The notes under the pieces are model-generated. The model saw nothing but the letters and a program-made list of their open reading frames with translations, was not told the origin of the DNA and made no database searches. The position numbers and the translations under genes are program-made. A stretch of 17,423 bases of DNA from Candidatus Krumholzibacteriia bacterium (GTDB lineage: Bacteria > Krumholzibacteriota > Krumholzibacteriia > WVZY01), in the NCBI GenBank assembly GCA_036478295.1, contig JAZGDW010000254.1, positions 1-17,423 on the forward strand. Reading direction: 5' to 3'. Below, piece after piece: positions 15,348 to 17,423 of the stretch. The first letter of the stretch is position 1; each line of letters begins with the position of its first letter.

Positions 15348-15374
15348 CTAACTCATTGTATTACATTTGGTTAG
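15348..15374. promoter_or_regulatory. AT-rich imperfect palindrome, IHF-site-like
   Basis: CTAACTCATTGTATTACATTTGGTTAG, containing TAA-N4-TTG (part of the IHF YAANNNNTTGATW consensus) in a dyad arrangement within a divergent intergenic region. Confidence 0.4.
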
Positions 15375-15538
15375 TGGTAGACTCTACGATGGGGCGAATT
15401 CGTTTGAAAGGAAATTCCGGGTTTCCCCGACTGATGAAGGTAGAGTCGGCCGGCGCCAACCCGCACGGTTCGGCAGGACACCTCGAACCGCGGGTGATGT
15501 TGCCGGCAAGGTACCTGATTGATTTGAAAGGAGCGATC

Positions 15539-15970
15539 ATGAAGAGCTCGAAGTACTTATGGTTGGCTGTGGCCGTCACAGTCGTCGTTGCCGGTGGGTG
15601 GGCGACTTTCGCGAACGCGGGCAAAGACATGAAAGAAGTCACCGTGATCGGCACGCTGATCGACACCAAGTGTTATGGGATGAACCACGACAACTATGTT
15701 GCCGATCACATGACACCAAAGGGCAACATGCCGAATTGCGCGCAGGCCTGCGCCAGCATGGGTATCCCTGTTGGCGTGCTGACCGAAGGTAAGAAGGGCG
15801 GCGAGGTGTTCATCCTGATCACCCCCGCGGCGAGTCTCGCCGAATACATGGCCAAGACAGTCAAAGTCACTGGAATGGCGACGTTCGAAGGCGCCGTCAC
15901 ACCGAGTAAGGTCTGGGTCAAGAACGACAAGGGTGGCTGGGACGAAGTTAAAATCGCTACGATGATGTAA
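15539..15970 (+). CDS. Secreted hypothetical protein with Cys/His/Met-rich motif (DxxCY...H...CAxxC..xGxP), 143 aa
   Basis: AAGGAG SD before ATG 15539; signal peptide ending ATFANA; VTVIGTLIDTKCY...DH...NCAQACASMGIPVGVL...KTVKVTG suggests a small beta-barrel/OB-like fold; followed by a terminator. Confidence 0.85.
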   Translation: MKSSKYLWLAVAVTVVVAGGWATFANAGKDMKEVTVIGTLIDTKCYGMNHDNYVADHMTPKGNMPNCAQACASMGIPVGVLTEGKKGGEVFILITPAASLAEYMAKTVKVTGMATFEGAVTPSKVWVKNDKGGWDEVKIATMM

Positions 15971-16015
15971 TTTCCAACCGACCCCTGCGGCGCCCGCAAG
16001 CGCCGCGTTCGACAC

Positions 16016-16049
16016 AAAAGCCCCGCCGGTTACGACGGCGGGGCTTTTT
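16016..16049. terminator. Bidirectional intrinsic terminator
   Basis: AAAA-GCCCCGCCG-gttacga-CGGCGGGGC-TTTTT between two convergent genes; preceded by a second hairpin GCGGCGC-ccgcaa-GCGCCGC (15987-16006). Confidence 0.9.
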
Positions 16050-16133
16050 GCGTATGTTACCCGGCCGATAGCCCGGTCCCGCTTATTTCGGGGGATACTT
16101 CATGAACTTCGTGTCGGGGTGCATAAACCGCGT

Positions 16134-17423
16134 CTAGTGGTCGGGGTTAAAGATCGTGATCGTTGTTTCCGGCGTTACCATGATCCGCGTCCGGCGCAGC
16201 ACAACAATCTCGGCCGGCGGCTGATTCGGGCCCCCGCCGATTCGCTTTACGTAGCCCCCCGCCTGCTCGAAGGATTCTCCCCACTCCGAGAGACTGAAGC
16301 CTTTCAGCAGATCGTCGACACCATTCGGGTTGTCGTGAACGCCCGCGCTCACGCGGTCCCCGACTTCGACCGAATCCGGATCCAGTACCGTGCCGTCACC
16401 GGGCATCGAATCTCTGGCCGCAAAGCTCACCCACTCGCTCATCACGCGCAGGGCCCGTTCCGGCCGGTTCACAGCAGTCACGGGTCCGTTCAGAATACCG
16501 GGCCGAACGCACCCGCGGTCTCCGCAGCGGAAAATCGTAATATCTCGCGCGATCAGCAATCCGGCGATTATCGACATACCATCGCCGGGCACGTACTCGC
16601 CGGATGCCCGGATGAAGTCACCAATGTGGATAGTTGGCACAGGCAGTTGGAAAATACACCCGAAGTTCGCCATCAGAAAATCGCCGACGGTTCCATCCAC
16701 TTCGGTCAAGACCACGTGGATGACGGACGGTGTGGTCGGGCGCCAGGGGCTGTCCGCGCGTTTGAAGACCTTATAAAACCCGGCACGCAGACCATCGAAA
16801 CGATAGGAACCGTCTGCGGCCGTCACCGCCCGGCGCATGATCTCGGCAATCGTTGTGATCTCGAGCACGCCGCCGCTAAGAAAAACTTCCACACCTCCCT
16901 GGCCGTGTTCGTCCGCATCCATCACGCCGTTCTCGTTGGTGTCCAGCCAGACAATACCTCCGATGGCGCCGCCACTGGGGGCCATCCCGATGTCCAGCCG
17001 CGCCACGAAGCCGATTGAAATGCCGCGCCCGACTCCGAACTCCACCGTGCGGGGAAAACTCTCTTCCCCCGGGGTCCACATGCCGTCGTCATTCGCGAAT
17101 TCGAACACTATCGACGCCCCCGGCCCGCTTATACCGTTATCCGGATTGAGTACCGTGACCCCCTCGGGAAACAGACTGACAAACGTGAGACCAATCGGCT
17201 CGGGATAGGCGGTCCGACTCTGGTTGACGACGCTCAAGTCGACGAGGAGTACGCTCAAAGAATCGTCGTAGCGGATGTTTGCCCCACGCAGCATGAACGG
17301 CCCGGCCATGGTGCCGTCAGGACCACTCCCGTTTTCGATCGGGAGTTCGAAGCCAGCGGCATCGGGATCGATCTCGCCTTTGACCACGCCGGATGCCGAA
17401 TCGCCCCCCGACGCCGGCGTCAG
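16134..17423 (-). CDS. Probably exported protein with an SdrD-B-like (Cna-B) domain; 5' end outside the window
   Basis: Frame is open to the window edge; AIGGIVWLDTNENGVMDADEHGQGGVEVFL...TAADGSYRFDGLRAGFYKV...ANFG is the SdrD-B-like signature; C-terminal beta-rich repeats (IHIGDFIRASG, VEVGDRVSAGV) resemble DUF5666-type units. Confidence 0.8.
   Translation of the reverse strand: MTPASGGDSASGVVKGEIDPDAAGFELPIENGSGPDGTMAGPFMLRGANIRYDDSLSVLLVDLSVVNQSRTAYPEPIGLTFVSLFPEGVTVLNPDNGISGPGASIVFEFANDDGMWTPGEESFPRTVEFGVGRGISIGFVARLDIGMAPSGGAIGGIVWLDTNENGVMDADEHGQGGVEVFLSGGVLEITTIAEIMRRAVTAADGSYRFDGLRAGFYKVFKRADSPWRPTTPSVIHVVLTEVDGTVGDFLMANFGCIFQLPVPTIHIGDFIRASGEYVPGDGMSIIAGLLIARDITIFRCGDRGCVRPGILNGPVTAVNRPERALRVMSEWVSFAARDSMPGDGTVLDPDSVEVGDRVSAGVHDNPNGVDDLLKGFSLSEWGESFEQAGGYVKRIGGGPNQPPAEIVVLRRTRIMVTPETTITIFNPDH

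Noticed and set aside
15431..15490. CTGATGA followed by AGGT...ACCT-CGAAC resembling a hammerhead ribozyme core
   Set aside because: The required GAAA is GAAC, I could not build stems I and III with a UH cleavage site, and those bases fit better in the long hairpin.
15104..15538. N-terminal extensions given by the ORF track for the phosphatase (from 15205) and the secreted protein (from 15287); likewise glmM from 6931 and the vWA protein from 8310
   Set aside because: Downstream ATGs have clear SD sequences and give proper signal peptides or domain starts; the extensions overlap promoter-like DNA or the neighbouring gene.
15740..15760. CAQAC as a c-type cytochrome heme site
   Set aside because: Spacing is CxxxC with no following His, so it is not CxxCH.

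Overview
A GC-rich bacterial chromosomal window. The FlgD/T9SS-like C-terminal domain, DUF5683-like protein and FCB-type GlmM suggest an FCB-superphylum lineage such as Latescibacterota/Krumholzibacteriota or relatives (inference only). The left third (1-6757, minus strand) is housekeeping: glmM-glmS-ridA, a selenocysteine tRNA (selC, anticodon UCA), then DUF5683-like protein-lepA-lepB (lepB cut by the window edge). The rest is accessory and envelope-related. It holds a divergent two-gene unit (unknown polytopic membrane protein plus MIDAS/vWA-like lipoprotein) behind a candidate sigma54 promoter, an N-terminally truncated archaemetzincin, an 822-aa secreted protein with Ca-binding loops and a T9SS-like CTD, a probably leaderless 70-aa zinc-ribbon protein, a DUF4136-like lipoprotein with a long Gly/Tyr/His-rich insert, a GAF-PP2C (SpoIIE/RsbU-like) phosphatase, a secreted Cys/Met-rich protein, a bidirectional terminator and a partial SdrD-B-like-domain protein. 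I found no mobile element, CRISPR array or rRNA. The best candidate for an undescribed system is the membrane protein plus vWA lipoprotein pair at 7118-9254. Family assignments come from motif recognition by eye, not database searches.
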